Counted from the stretch's first letter, positions 29,689-44,573 are shown. The stretch is 64,000 bases of DNA from Oligoflexales bacterium (GCA_041736175.1 JBGSUI010000059.1:32001-96000), one strand, 5' to 3'. Numbers and translations are program-made. The notes: generated by a model from the sequence alone, not told the origin.

Positions 29689-31214
29689 GGTAAAAAACTC
29701 TTATTTTCTTGAGATGAGTGCAGTGAAGGCTTAAATCGACTAGAAAATTTAAGCTCAGATTCTAATATTTGAGCCAAAGAGAGGAGTGCGGGCTCCTGAA
29801 ATCGATTTCCCAAAATCTGGAGTCCAATGGGAAGTTTTTTATGATCAAGCCCACAAGGTATCGAGATCGACGGTATCCCCGTTAGGTTGGCTGCGATGGT
29901 GCAAATATCAAGCAAATACATTGACAGAGCATCCTGTCTTTTTTCACCCTTACTGAAAGCCGTTACGGGTGACGTCGGCCCTATCAAAAGATCATAGGAA
30001 CGAAATGCCTCATTAAAATCCCTGCTGATAGCGGATCTCACTTTGTTAGCTTTACCGTAATAGGCTTCGTAGTATCCGTGGGAAAGGACAAAGGTCCCGA
30101 GCATGATTCTCTTTTTTACCTCCGAACTAAACCCCTCTGAACGGGAGGCTTGGTAGAGCTGTTCGAGGTTTCTAACACTAGAGGACGATCGATACCCATA
30201 TCGGACACCATCAAACCTCGCTAGATTAGAAGATGCTTCGGCTGTCGCAATAATATAGTAGGCCGCTAGAGAATATTTTAGGTTAGGGATCGAGACATTT
30301 TCAACGACATATCCGTGTCCCTTCAATAATTCTACACACTCGATCATGGAGCTTTTGACCTGACTTGAGATTCCTTCCCCCATAAACTCGTCGACAAGCC
30401 CTATACGCAATTTTTTAGGGGCTGAACTCCATCCAACTAAGGTCTTAAAATCCGGTCTTGGGTCCTTGTTACTTGTGGAATCCAAGGAATCATGCTCGCC
30501 GATAACACTTAAAACCAATGCCAAATCTCTGACATTGGTCCCAATAGGTCCAATCTGGTCAAGAGAAGATGCATATGCTATCAGCCCTCTTCGACTTACG
30601 TAACCATAGGTGGGTTTTAGTCCGACGACTCCACACATTGCTGCGGGCTGCCTAACCGATCCTCCTGTATCGGATCCTATAGAAATAGGAACCATGGCTG
30701 CTGCTACGGCCGCTGCAGACCCTCCTGATGAACCTCCTGGTACACAATTGAGATCCCAAGGATTAGAGACTGGACCGAAAAAAGAATTCTCGTTGGAACT
30801 GCCCATAGCAAACTCATCACAGTTTGCCTTTCCAAAGATAATTCCGCCAGCTTCCCTTATTTTTTGGACTACAAAGGCATCCTCAGGAGGCCTATAATCC
30901 TTAAGGATCTTAGAACTCGCTGTCGTCGGAATTCCTTTAGTGCAGATATTATCTTTCACTAAAATGGGGAGACCAGCTAGCACTAGCTCATGCCCAAGGT
31001 CGAGCCGTTTCTCCAGATCCTTGACCTGAAAGTCTATGGATTCCTCGTCGTAAAAGACATGGGTGTTTAACTTTTCTCGCAAATCCTTGGTCTTAGCTTT
31101 ATAGGAATCTACCACCTCTTTTACCGGTATTTGCCGCCTCCGAACGAGGGATACTAACTCTTCTGCCGACCTCTGAAAATCTAGTTTTGACGCCTCTGGG
31201 GCTCTCTTGTCCAC
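29685..31214 (-). CDS. gatA: Asp/Glu-tRNA amidotransferase subunit A
   Basis: KDNI, DEFAMGSS, PGGSSGGSAAAV, GSDTGGSVRQPA, SNLARFDGVRYG. Confidence 0.96.
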   Translation of the reverse strand: MDKRAPEASKLDFQRSAEELVSLVRRRQIPVKEVVDSYKAKTKDLREKLNTHVFYDEESIDFQVKDLEKRLDLGHELVLAGLPILVKDNICTKGIPTTASSKILKDYRPPEDAFVVQKIREAGGIIFGKANCDEFAMGSSNENSFFGPVSNPWDLNCVPGGSSGGSAAAVAAAMVPISIGSDTGGSVRQPAAMCGVVGLKPTYGYVSRRGLIAYASSLDQIGPIGTNVRDLALVLSVIGEHDSLDSTSNKDPRPDFKTLVGWSSAPKKLRIGLVDEFMGEGISSQVKSSMIECVELLKGHGYVVENVSIPNLKYSLAAYYIIATAEASSNLARFDGVRYGYRSSSSVRNLEQLYQASRSEGFSSEVKKRIMLGTFVLSHGYYEAYYGKANKVRSAISRDFNEAFRSYDLLIGPTSPVTAFSKGEKRQDALSMYLLDICTIAANLTGIPSISIPCGLDHKKLPIGLQILGNRFQEPALLSLAQILESELKFSSRFKPSLHSSQENKSFLP

Positions 31215-31226
31215 AGATCCTACTCC

Positions 31227-31514
31227 TCAGGCTTTATCAACAACTCTAGGAACGACAAACATCTGGTTTGCGGCTTGAGGAGCTTGGCCCATCATGGTCT
31301 CAATCACTGACGAACGGACTGCGACATCCGCCCTCATATGGGTCTCTTGATCTTCTGATTTACCCTCCCCTAAATCACCCGGAAACTCACTTAGTAACTG
31401 CATATAGTCAAAGATGGATTGCAGCTCCTTTTGAAACCATTCTTGTTCTTGGGAAGTTAAGATTAAATGGGCTAGTTTAGCTGCTTTATCCACCATTTGA
31501 CTTGTGATGAGCAT
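31227..31514 (-). CDS. gatC: Asp/Glu-tRNA amidotransferase subunit C
   Basis: 95 aa; A.LA.L...L..I..Y...L; C-terminal FVVPRVV; upstream of gatA. Confidence 0.9.
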   Translation of the reverse strand: MLITSQMVDKAAKLAHLILTSQEQEWFQKELQSIFDYMQLLSEFPGDLGEGKSEDQETHMRADVAVRSSVIETMMGQAPQAANQMFVVPRVVDKA

Positions 31515-31535
31515 TGAAGTGATCCTTGTTGTTTT

Positions 31536-34070
31536 TTAAATCTCTTCGCCTTCTACGGTTTGCACTTTGCAAAGACTGATCACCTTTTCGCCTGCTTCCA
31601 CATGCATCAATCGCACCCCTTGGGTTAGCCTTCCAATAACTCCGATTTCCTGAATATTAAACCGAGTGATTTTTCCCGATGAGGTCATCACCATAAGGTC
31701 TTCGGTATCTCCCGCCTGCAAGATACCTACGACCGGTCCATTTCTCGTAGTGACCCGAATCGTATAAATGCCTTTACCACCCCGACCCTGGGTACGATAC
31801 TCTTCGAGGGGAGTCCGCTTACCGTATCCATTTTCACAAACACTCAGAATCGTGGAGTTATCCGTCAGGATTTGCATCCCAACCACCCGGTCTTCACCCG
31901 GCTTTAAAAGAACTTTCCCGGGCTCTTCGTCTGTTTCCACTTCGTCTGCGACCACCACTGGCGGCTCTTCTGTGGTTTCTTCCTCGTGAGTATCATCCAA
32001 ACGGATTCCTGTTACCCCACGTGAAGCTCTTCCCGTAGGACGAATCTCGTCCTCATTAAACCGAATCGCTCGACCAGCTCTGGTGGCCAACAAGATCTCA
32101 TTTTTACCCGTCGTGATCGCACATGATACCAAAGTGTCATCATCATCCAGTTTTAGAGCTATGATTCCCGATGTTTTAATCGATGAATAAGCCATAAGAT
32201 CCGTTTTTTTGATGATTCCTTTGGCTGTTACCGAGCAGATAAAGTGACCTTCGGAAAATTCCTTTACCGGCAGAACGCTGACTATTTTTTCACCTTCACC
32301 CAATTTGCAAAGACTTGCAAAATGTTTGCCTCTTGATCTCAAAGGGAGATCAGGCAATTGATAGACCTTAATCTCAAACACTCTGCCACTGTTTGTAAAA
32401 CAAAGCAGCGACTGGTGATTGCTCGTAATAAACACGCTATTGACTGCGTCTTCTTCCCTTGTCAGCATCCCACTTTTGCCCTTACCCCCCCGTCGTTGCG
32501 CTCTAATCTGGGTAAGGGGAGTCCTTTTCACGTATCCAGTCAATGAGACCGTTACCGCGACTTCGTCATCGGCGACCAAGCTTTCCATGGTAAACTCATC
32601 AGCTGCCGACATGATAATCTCTGTGCGTCTTTCATCGCCAAATTCCTCGATCAGTAGCTGGACTTCGTCAATGATAAGCTGAGTGATTCTCTCTGGCTTC
32701 TCTAAAATGTCTTTTAGATTAGCGATAATCGCCATCACTTCTTGGTATTCAGCGATGATCTTATCGCGCTCAAGACCCGTTAGACGCGACAGGCGCATCT
32801 CTAAAATGGCTTTGACCTGGATATCCGTTAGACCAAACCGAGCTTTCAGCTCCTGACCTGCTAGTTGTGGATCTCTGGATTTTCTGATGATTGCGACCAC
32901 TTCATCGATACTTTCGACTGCGATCTTGAGACCCTCTAAAATATGGCCCCGTTCTTCAGCCTTGAGGAGTTCATGGGCCGTTCGCCTAATTAGGACTTCT
33001 CGGCGATGGCTATAAAACACTTCTAGGAGTTGCTTTATATTGAGAACCCTTGGACTACCATCGACCAGTGCAACAACGTTGACCCCAAAACTTGATTGCA
33101 TGGGTGTCAATTTATAAAGATTATTGAGGATGATATCGGCATTTTCGCCCTTTTTAAGGTCGATAGCGATTCTCATACCGTCTTTATTGGATTCGTCTCT
33201 AATATCCGAGACACCCTCAATTTTTTTGTCCTGAACCAACTCAGCAATTTTTTCAATAAGCCGGGATTTATTCACCTGGTAAGGAATCTCGGTGACAACA
33301 ATTCTCTCCCGACCATTTTTAGTATCTTCGACTTTAGTACGAGCCCGCATAACCACTGAACCATGGCCCGTCAAATAAGCCTGTCTGATGCCCGTAACCC
33401 CGTAAATCAAACCTGCCGTGGGGAAATCTGGTCCTTTGACATAGTCCATGATCCGTTCAATGGTGATCTTTGGATTTTCGATCAAGGCTAAGAGTGCATA
33501 AGCGATTTCCTTGATATTGTGGGGCGGGATGTTAGTCGCCATCCCTACAGCAATCCCCGATGCTCCATTAATCAAAAGTTGTGGAAGTTTTGCCGGTAAG
33601 ACGACTGGTTCTAGCTCTTTGCCGTCATAGTTAGCCGTAAAATCCACTGTATCTTTGTCGATATCTGCCAGCATAAGTCCGGCGATCTTCTTAAGCCTCG
33701 ACTCCGTATATCGCATCGCTGCAGCACTGTCGCCATCAACAGATCCAAAGTTTCCTTGGCCATCGATAAGCTGGTATCTCATGGAGAAGTCTTGGGCTAA
33801 CCTGACCAATGCCTCATAAACCGCTGTATCACCATGGGGGTGGAATCGACCGAGCACATCCCCTACGATCCTGGCTGACTTCAAATGGGGTCGATTATAG
33901 AAATTTCGAAGTTGGTACATCGCATAAAGGATACGTCTATGAACTGGCTTAAGCCCATCGCGAGCATCTGGAAGTGCTCTGGAGACGATGACGCTCATTG
34001 AATAGTCTAAAAAAGAGGTTCTAAGTTCATCTTCGATCTTAATGGGCAATATATTTTGCACTGGTTCCAT
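31536..34070 (-). CDS. gyrA: DNA gyrase subunit A
   Basis: [28 protein letters not shown], GyrA-box QRRGGKG. Confidence 0.97.
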   Translation of the reverse strand: MEPVQNILPIKIEDELRTSFLDYSMSVIVSRALPDARDGLKPVHRRILYAMYQLRNFYNRPHLKSARIVGDVLGRFHPHGDTAVYEALVRLAQDFSMRYQLIDGQGNFGSVDGDSAAAMRYTESRLKKIAGLMLADIDKDTVDFTANYDGKELEPVVLPAKLPQLLINGASGIAVGMATNIPPHNIKEIAYALLALIENPKITIERIMDYVKGPDFPTAGLIYGVTGIRQAYLTGHGSVVMRARTKVEDTKNGRERIVVTEIPYQVNKSRLIEKIAELVQDKKIEGVSDIRDESNKDGMRIAIDLKKGENADIILNNLYKLTPMQSSFGVNVVALVDGSPRVLNIKQLLEVFYSHRREVLIRRTAHELLKAEERGHILEGLKIAVESIDEVVAIIRKSRDPQLAGQELKARFGLTDIQVKAILEMRLSRLTGLERDKIIAEYQEVMAIIANLKDILEKPERITQLIIDEVQLLIEEFGDERRTEIIMSAADEFTMESLVADDEVAVTVSLTGYVKRTPLTQIRAQRRGGKGKSGMLTREEDAVNSVFITSNHQSLLCFTNSGRVFEIKVYQLPDLPLRSRGKHFASLCKLGEGEKIVSVLPVKEFSEGHFICSVTAKGIIKKTDLMAYSSIKTSGIIALKLDDDDTLVSCAITTGKNEILLATRAGRAIRFNEDEIRPTGRASRGVTGIRLDDTHEEETTEEPPVVVADEVETDEEPGKVLLKPGEDRVVGMQILTDNSTILSVCENGYGKRTPLEEYRTQGRGGKGIYTIRVTTRNGPVVGILQAGDTEDLMVMTSSGKITRFNIQEIGVIGRLTQGVRLMHVEAGEKVISLCKVQTVEGEEI

Positions 34071-34090
34071 GAATTTGTTTCCCTACTTAG

Positions 34091-37861
<3,771 letters not shown>

Positions 37862-37877
37862 TCAATTTCTGCTATGA

Positions 37878-39005
37878 TTAGTGCTGCTTGATGGGTACCA
37901 GCACATGTTTAGAACGACAATCTGAGAGTTCACTTCTGGGCTCTATCACTATGGGCGCTTCGTTGCTTTCGTGATTAAATTGCAAGTTGAGTTGATCGCT
38001 TTCCACCGTAGTAAAGACATCCATAAGATATTTACCATTGATGGCGACTTCAAAAGCAGTACCCCGATATTCTGGAAGAACTAGGGTCTCTTTACCTTCA
38101 TGACTTCCCGTGTTTTTGGAATTTAAAGTCAGTGCTGATTCATGAAAGTTCATATGCAATGCTTTACTCTTATCCGCGGCCAGTAAGACTCTCCTTGCAG
38201 TACTATGCAACTGATGCCTATTGACTACCACACTTTCCATCTTTTTATTTGGAATGACTGCATAATAGCTGGGATATTTTATCTGTGTCAACCTCATGTA
38301 AAGCTGGTAATCAGGCACTTCAGCCAAAAGAGTGGTTTCGTCTAGGGACAACGATAATTTAACCTTCTCAAAACCCTCCTGACACATTCTATGGAGCTCA
38401 GACAAAGACCGCTTACATAGCGCTACTCCGTTCTTTAGAAAGTCCTCGGGTAAGACCCCCTCCACCTCGCAATAGGAAAGCCTATACCCGTCTGTACCGA
38501 CCAGTCGGCACACTTGCCCATGGGGCCTGTGGAGAAAGGCCACTGTACCATAAGTCCGCGTTGAATCCGTAGTCACACAAAATTGAACTTGCTCGATCAT
38601 GTAGGACAACTTTACCGATGGCAGCTCAGCACTACTACCTTGGGCCAAGGAAGGGGGATCCTGCCACACCTGGTTGTCGATCAAAGGGATCTTCATAGCG
38701 AACTCGCTGTTGACCCTTGACTCGATCAGAAGATGCTTTCCGACGGTTGTAAGCTGTACGGGTCCATCAGGAAGTTCTTTCACGAGTTCCGAAAAAAGCT
38801 TGGCTTGGATGACGATAAAGCCTGGCTCGCTAATTTCGCCCTTGAACTGGCTAAAGATCGCAAAGGCTCTGTCCATGGCTGCGAATTCTAGGGTGTGTTC
38901 GTTTTGGGCTCTGATCGTGATAAAGGCCAAACTCCTCTCTTGGAGCACCCCTTGGACTCTAAGGGTGGCCTGGTTCAAAAGCTCTCTCTGGATGCAAAAT
39001 TTCAT
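37878..39005 (-). CDS. dnaN: DNA polymerase III beta sliding clamp
   Basis: 375 aa; LVGTDGYRLS, YPSYYAVIP, INGKYLMD, terminal VLVP; between dnaA and gyrB. Confidence 0.92.
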   Translation of the reverse strand: MKFCIQRELLNQATLRVQGVLQERSLAFITIRAQNEHTLEFAAMDRAFAIFSQFKGEISEPGFIVIQAKLFSELVKELPDGPVQLTTVGKHLLIESRVNSEFAMKIPLIDNQVWQDPPSLAQGSSAELPSVKLSYMIEQVQFCVTTDSTRTYGTVAFLHRPHGQVCRLVGTDGYRLSYCEVEGVLPEDFLKNGVALCKRSLSELHRMCQEGFEKVKLSLSLDETTLLAEVPDYQLYMRLTQIKYPSYYAVIPNKKMESVVVNRHQLHSTARRVLLAADKSKALHMNFHESALTLNSKNTGSHEGKETLVLPEYRGTAFEVAINGKYLMDVFTTVESDQLNLQFNHESNEAPIVIEPRSELSDCRSKHVLVPIKQH

Positions 39006-39024
39006 GGGAAGGCCTCCTGCTTCT

Positions 39025-39265
39025 TCTATTTAATAAATATAGTTATATATTTAATAGTAGTAGTAGTAGGTGAGGGGGTATTTCTGTGGATAACTCACCT
39101 AACATGTTAATAAGTTTGTATTTTAAGCTAAAAAAAGCTGTTGATAACCCTGTGGATATCCTGTGGATATCCTGTGTACAACTTTGTGGATAACTTTTTA
39201 CCTCCAACTTATCCACAGGATATCCACAGGATATCCACAGGATATCCACAGGGTTATCCACAGGG
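39025..39265. other. Chromosomal replication origin oriC
   Basis: AT-rich DUE and TAG trios (39052-39069); 11 DnaA boxes at 39085, 39139, 39151, 39162, 39173, 39185 (TGTGGATAA-type) and 39209, 39220, 39231, 39242, 39254 (TTATCCACA-type); dnaA-dnaN intergenic; plus strand looks C-rich to the left and G-rich to the right. Confidence 0.93.
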
Positions 39266-39299
39266 TTGAAAGGAGCGAATTTTTCACTAAAAGCTTCCA

Positions 39300-40793
39300 T
39301 CAGGTACGGGGCTCCATCTGCTCAAGGTGTCTTTCAAGAGACTCGACATGGGCGCGTAGATCCAAGTCGGACTGGAGAGCCTCTTCTATTTTCTTGACAG
39401 CATGGAGTATGGTTGTATGGTCCTTTCCACCAAATTTTTCTCCAATCTCTGGATAAGATGCAGCGGTAAGCTTGCGAGAGAGATACATTGCGATCTGCCG
39501 AGGAAAGGCTATGATCTTTTGCCGTCTTTTTGATCTCAAGTCTGACACTCTAATTTTAAAACGATCAGCCACCGCCTTTTGAACAAGGTCAATCGCTAGT
39601 CCTTTGGCAGCTTCTTGGGGAGCAGCATGATCTTTAAAAAGCTTTGTTGCTAACTCAAATGAGATTTCATCGCCCTGTAACTTAGCAAAGGCATTCAACT
39701 TAAGTAAGGTACCTTCGAGTTCCCTAACATTTCTTTTAGCATGTTTGGCAATATACTCGGCGACATTGTTTTCTAAAAAAATACCGAGTTTTTCTGCTTT
39801 GCTGTGGAGTATGGCAATACGGTGCTCGATACTTGGAGGTTGAATATCGGCAATAAGACCCCATTGAAACCTGTTGCGCAAACGATCTTCGATATCAGGA
39901 ATATCCTTTGGGAAGAGATCAGAAGTGATGACTATTTGCTTTTTAGCAGCGTAAAGGGAGTTAAAAGTATGAAAAAACTCCTCTTGAGTTGCTTTTTTTC
40001 CCGAAATAAATTGGATATCATCCACCAAAAAGACGTCGCAGTTGCGGTATTTCTGTCTAAAATCCCACATTTTTGTAAAGCGCAGACAATAAATCATCTC
40101 GTTCATAAACCGTTCGCTGGATATGTAAGTCACCACAGCATTGGGATTATTCTGAAGCACCAGATTACCAACAGCATGGAGGAGATGAGTCTTTCCAAGC
40201 CCGGAACTACCATAAATGAACAGCGGATTGTAAGCTTTACCGGGGTTTTCTCCAGCACTTAGACAGGTTGCAGCAGCAAACTGATTTGAATCGCCTCGAA
40301 CAAAGCTGTTAAAAGTATAAGAACTATTAAGCAAAACATCGACGGTCAAAGACCTAGAAAAAGCGGCATGTTGCTGCTCATGGTCACTTTCGGCAAGAGA
40401 GGTCTGACGCGCTGGAGAGGTCTCTGAAAGTGGAGATATGCTGTTATGGGAATTGAGTATATCGTCAGGATTATCAAGCCCTAGGACTTCAAATCTTATT
40501 ATAAAATTATCGAATCCTAGATCGGACTTGAGTTGTTCGACTTGGTCTAAAAAGCGATTGTGAAGACCTTGGTAGAAAACGAGATTGGGAAGTTGTACTA
40601 AAAACTCGTTAGGTCCCACTCGAGTCGCCACAAGGGGGGCAATCCATTTCTGATAGGAATCATCATCAGCCGAAAGCTTAAGTTGCTCTTTGATCCTGGA
40701 CCAAAGATCGTTGCCCTTAGCGGTTAGTGAACCCAAATCATCATTGTCAAGACAAGGGGACATAACGGCGGATTTTATGGATTCTTTGTTCAT
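39300..40793 (-). CDS. dnaA: Chromosomal replication initiator DnaA
   Basis: YNPLFIYGSSGLGKTHLL, DDIQF, QEEFFHTFN, NVRELEG, FGGKDHTTILHA. Confidence 0.98.
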   Translation of the reverse strand: MNKESIKSAVMSPCLDNDDLGSLTAKGNDLWSRIKEQLKLSADDDSYQKWIAPLVATRVGPNEFLVQLPNLVFYQGLHNRFLDQVEQLKSDLGFDNFIIRFEVLGLDNPDDILNSHNSISPLSETSPARQTSLAESDHEQQHAAFSRSLTVDVLLNSSYTFNSFVRGDSNQFAAATCLSAGENPGKAYNPLFIYGSSGLGKTHLLHAVGNLVLQNNPNAVVTYISSERFMNEMIYCLRFTKMWDFRQKYRNCDVFLVDDIQFISGKKATQEEFFHTFNSLYAAKKQIVITSDLFPKDIPDIEDRLRNRFQWGLIADIQPPSIEHRIAILHSKAEKLGIFLENNVAEYIAKHAKRNVRELEGTLLKLNAFAKLQGDEISFELATKLFKDHAAPQEAAKGLAIDLVQKAVADRFKIRVSDLRSKRRQKIIAFPRQIAMYLSRKLTAASYPEIGEKFGGKDHTTILHAVKKIEEALQSDLDLRAHVESLERHLEQMEPRT

Positions 40794-41004
40794 CGATCAA
40801 CTTCTTAAGGCAGAATTCCTTATGGTAACGAGCTCTTGGGCCAAGAGCGTTCCCACGGTCGTCAACAACTCTCAAGCTAAGTCACTGATGTAAGGTTGGG
40901 TCGTCGACAGGTTCACTTGATTAGAACAAAAAAAGCGGATCAAGAGGCAACCTGTTCGTGTAAAACAGCAAGGGAACCTACCATGGGTAAGAGCCTAAGA
41001 GCAA

Positions 41005-41280
41005 GTGATTTATCAGGTGGAAAATCGAATAAAATCGGTGAGATATATTTTACTCGGGGAGTTAAGCGTGTCACAGGGATTAGGTAGAGCTTTTTCATTG
41101 GCCTTAGCCGCACAAATGCAAATTATTGGACTTTTAGTAACGGGTTGGTTATTAGGTCAATGGCTCAATAAGGAGTACCCCATAGAGATGAGCTGGTACT
41201 TTATAACATTTCCCGTTTGTGTAGTAGCCATGATTCATACTTTGTACAAAATGTATATTTTTATTAAAAAGAAAACCTAA
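41005..41280 (+). CDS. AtpZ/AtpI-like small membrane protein (start possibly GTG 41068)
   Basis: Two TM segments with G..LG.WL motif; first gene of the atp Fo block. Confidence 0.6.
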   Translation: MIYQVENRIKSVRYILLGELSVSQGLGRAFSLALAAQMQIIGLLVTGWLLGQWLNKEYPIEMSWYFITFPVCVVAMIHTLYKMYIFIKKKT

Positions 41281-41281
41281 C

Positions 41282-41704
41282 ATGTACCACAAAATTTTAA
41301 TCTTCATTGGAATCAATTTTAGTCTCGCTGTTATTATATTAATGAGGATAAAAAATCCCTTGGAAGCCTATAGTTTTATTGCAGGCCAAACCATCTTTGG
41401 TTCTAGTTTTTTGGCACAGGTGATCCTAGTGCGAAGGTTTCTTGGTCTGGGCCAGACATCGTCGGTCAACATCTCAGATCAATCGGGGTTTTTAGTAATG
41501 ATGTTGGCAAAGTTTGGATTTTTGGGTCTAAGCATCTGGGCAGTGATCTCTTATCTACATTGGCCTCCAGTGTTTTTAATCGGAGGCCTGGTCACGGGCT
41601 TAGGAGTCTTAGCAGCGGTCTTTTACCTTATCCAGCCGGGCTCAGCGGAAAAAATCATCGAGACACCCTATAACGAGAAGAATCCATCGAGCCATCGGGC
41701 TTGA
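41282..41704 (+). CDS. atpI: ATP synthase I-like membrane protein
   Basis: Four TM segments; directly upstream of atpB. Confidence 0.55.
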   Translation: MYHKILIFIGINFSLAVIILMRIKNPLEAYSFIAGQTIFGSSFLAQVILVRRFLGLGQTSSVNISDQSGFLVMMLAKFGFLGLSIWAVISYLHWPPVFLIGGLVTGLGVLAAVFYLIQPGSAEKIIETPYNEKNPSSHRA

Positions 41705-41833
41705 ATAATCGTATCAGTCGAGGTATTTAGGTGATCCCGAACGTTGAGAAAACAGTAGGATCAGAAGCTAAATCCATTATGATCAGATAAATGACAAGGT
41801 CAGAGATCACTCACAGCTCGAAATAGGTGGCAC

Positions 41834-42628
41834 TTGGAATACGCTCAAAGGAATCATGGCAAAGTCAAGGGGTTGGTTGGTATAGCCTGTTTAATGATGG
41901 CGTCCCATGCCAGGGCGGCAGGGGGATTAATCCATCCAATCAATTATTATGAGGTCTTATCTCATAAATTGGGAATCGATAAGATGTGGATGCCAACGTT
42001 GGCAGCACTTTTCGCGACGATGATTCTCATTTTCACGGGTATTTTATACCGGCGGTCTATAGAAACAGCGGCGAGTCCAGGTCGGCCTACGGGGCGTTTT
42101 GGCCTAAGGTTTCTGGTCGAAAAAAGTCTCGATGGGATGTACGGACTCGCTCAAGATGCGGCAGGTGAAAGGGCAGGGGAGCACTTTGGGATTTTAGCGG
42201 GGCTGTTTTTGTTCATAATCTTAAATAATCTTATGGGTCTAGTTCCGGGGTTAGCCCCGGCTACGTTAAGTATGGACACCAATGTTGGGATGGGTCTGGT
42301 GGTTTTCGTATACTATAATTATGCCGGCATAAAAGAGCATGGAGCTGGATATATAAAACATTTCTTTGGTCCAGTCGCTTTTATCGCTCCTCTTATGTTT
42401 TGTATAGAACTAGTCAGTCATGGGTCTAGACCACTGTCTTTGGGACTACGCCTAGCAGGCAATATCTTCGGAGATCACACATTGTTAACGGTTTTCACAA
42501 CCTTGACTTATGTTATTTTTCCGGCAGCACTGCTATTTTTTGGGTTGCTTGTCTCAGTCGTTCAAAGCTATGTCTTCGCCTTGCTGTCGAGCATCTATAT
42601 ATCGATGGCAGTGTCTCATGATCATTGA
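41834..42628 (+). CDS. atpB: ATP synthase Fo subunit a
   Basis: NNLMGLVPG, RPLSLGLRLAGNIFGDH, VQSYVFALLS. Confidence 0.95.
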   Translation: MEYAQRNHGKVKGLVGIACLMMASHARAAGGLIHPINYYEVLSHKLGIDKMWMPTLAALFATMILIFTGILYRRSIETAASPGRPTGRFGLRFLVEKSLDGMYGLAQDAAGERAGEHFGILAGLFLFIILNNLMGLVPGLAPATLSMDTNVGMGLVVFVYYNYAGIKEHGAGYIKHFFGPVAFIAPLMFCIELVSHGSRPLSLGLRLAGNIFGDHTLLTVFTTLTYVIFPAALLFFGLLVSVVQSYVFALLSSIYISMAVSHDH

Positions 42629-42719
42629 TGGAAGAGGTCTCTTGAGGTGGTCTATGGTAACTCAGTCCGCCTTTGGGTGAGGGGAATTTTAAGCTGTTAA
42701 GCTAGATCGAAAGGAAAGT

Positions 42720-43037
42720 GTGATGAAGAGTTTTCTTACAAGGTTTGGTACGGTTATCGGCGGTATGATGATGAGTTCTGCAGCCCTTGCCCAAGAGGCA
42801 GGTTCAAGTTACGGTGGCAATGGTCTTGTCGCTATCGGAGCAGCTCTGTCGGTTGGGTTAGCAACATTTGCTGCGGCGTCATCTCAAGGCAAAACAGCTT
42901 CAGCAGCCTTGGAAAGTATCGGTAGAAATCCCGGTGCTAGAGATGCATTAAACCAGCCACTCATTCTTGGTTTGGTTTTTATGGAGTTTCAAGCACTTTT
43001 GGGATTTGTAATTGCCATTATGTGGACCTTAAAATAG
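42720..43037 (+). CDS. atpE: ATP synthase Fo subunit c with N-terminal extension
   Basis: GRNPGA loop; ion-binding Glu in FMEFQALLGF. Confidence 0.93.
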   Translation: MMKSFLTRFGTVIGGMMMSSAALAQEAGSSYGGNGLVAIGAALSVGLATFAAASSQGKTASAALESIGRNPGARDALNQPLILGLVFMEFQALLGFVIAIMWTLK

Positions 43038-43060
43038 TCTTCCATTGGTAAACCAAAAGA

Positions 43061-43095
43061 AAAAAAGACCCAGAGCAAGCTGGGTCTTTTTTTTT
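43061..43095 (+). terminator. Intrinsic terminator after atpE (possibly bidirectional)
   Basis: AAAAAAGACCCAG-AGCAAG-CTGGGTCTTTTTTTTT. Confidence 0.85.
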
Positions 43096-43250
43096 GTCAA
43101 ATTTCAGGTAGTTGAAATATACTAAAAACATAAAAAAGGTTAGTCTCGACAAGGCTAGACTTACTAAGATCGCTATTAATCATTAAATAATAGATACTTA
43201 TAAACTTACAATAAACAAAGATAGATTGTTTAAACCACTGAAAATAGGTA

Positions 43251-43266
43251 TGTTCCACGTGGAACA
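43251..43266. promoter_or_regulatory. parS site 1
   Basis: TGTTCCACGTGGAACA within the 28-bp perfect palindrome 43245-43272. Confidence 0.93.
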
Positions 43267-44193
43267 TACCTACTCATCCAGAATGTTAGGAAAAATTGGT
43301 TACTCCTCGCCTAAGATGGATTTCTCCCTTTCTGTTTGAGTCACTTTATGTGGAGTAGTAAGAGTAGTATCAACGTATCAGTCAATTTCGGGGGCAGTAC
43401 CAAATTTTTTCCAATAAGCCTAAAGTCATTAAAAAAATTTTGGTTTCAGGTGCCCAGAAGTCTGAAATCTAGGTTCAAAGAACGGATTTTAAATGTAAAA
43501 ATCATTCGAAGGAATATTTTTAGATTAAAGAGTGCTCAAATCACTGATCTCAGTCCAGTTAGAGAGGCACAAAATAGCTAAGTAAAAAAATTTATTGAAA
43601 TCAGACTGAAAAAAGCGAAGAAGGGCTGAACGTAGGGAGTAAAATCACAAAAAAAATTGCATTGAAGGCTATTTATTTTTTCTAAAACCTTTTTAGGGGG
43701 CTTTTTGGTCGATTAGCGCACCAAATTTTTTAAGAACTAATCTTTTAGTAAGTGTTTTTTGGTCTCCAGCGGCTAATTATCACCGTTAGGTTTCCACACC
43801 TTAAAGAACTTAGAATCGATCCTGGCTAAAATCGGTTTTTTGCCAGCCGCAACATCCGATCGAGGCTCAAAATTAGAACCCAAGTGATCTATATCTAAAT
43901 CTGGAGCTGAATAATTTTTTTTAACTAGGGATGGTGGGCATTTAAAATCACAACGGAAGTATTTTAAATGAGCCTAAAATTTTTTCTGACTAAAATTTGC
44001 TAAAGAGCCTTTCATAAGTCTATGACCCTCAAAGATCACCAATGGCAAATTCATCGAGAAAGGCATCAGAGCTTTATGGTTTGCAATCTATCCTCATGTA
44101 AGAGTGATTATGCAATAATGCCCTCTATAGAGTTGAGCGCAGGCTTTGAAAGGTTCATGTTTATTTAGCCTAGAGTAGGATGTTTAAAACCGA

Positions 44194-44209
44194 TGTTCCA
44201 CGTGGAACA
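44194..44209. promoter_or_regulatory. parS site 2
   Basis: TGTTCCACGTGGAACA within the 32-bp perfect palindrome 44186-44217. Confidence 0.93.
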
Positions 44210-44382
44210 TCGGTTTTTGACCATATTATCGCTAATATACCCCAATGAACATTGAATAGAGTCCACAGCGACTTCCCATGACAAACAAACTTGACTCACC
44301 AATAAAGGGCATTTAAGTCCTAGTCGTCCTAGGGTGGAAGAGTTGGTGGTCAGAACGCGCTGATTATTATAACTAAAACCGA

Positions 44383-44398
44383 TGTTCCACGTGGAACA
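44383..44398. promoter_or_regulatory. parS site 3
   Basis: TGTTCCACGTGGAACA within the 34-bp perfect palindrome 44374-44407. Confidence 0.93.
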
Positions 44399-44557
44399 TC
44401 GGTTTTACGAGGTAATATCAGTGATATAGCACTTTTGGTGCTTCAGGGACTCTAGCAACCCCAGAAGTGGAACCAATCAGTAGTAGTAGGCCTTTGGATA
44501 GTCAATTTTGTAAAAAAAGTGGTATGGTTAAGTCACTATTATTATCACTAAAACAGA

Positions 44558-44573
44558 TGTTCCACGTGGAACA
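44558..44573. promoter_or_regulatory. parS site 4
   Basis: TGTTCCACGTGGAACA, perfect. Confidence 0.93.

Noticed and set aside
39043..39456. ORFs 39043-39300 (-) and 39163-39456 (+) with PVD/IHR repeats
   Set aside because: These are translations of the DnaA-box arrays in oriC, not proteins.
42720..43037. Possible Na+-translocating ATP synthase (Gln present in helix 1 of subunit c)
   Set aside because: The Glu is followed by Phe rather than Ser/Thr, so the Na+ signature is incomplete; H+ coupling is more likely.
43336..43581. 81-aa ORF in the parS block
   Set aside because: TTG start without an RBS, no motifs, composition typical of AT-rich non-coding DNA.
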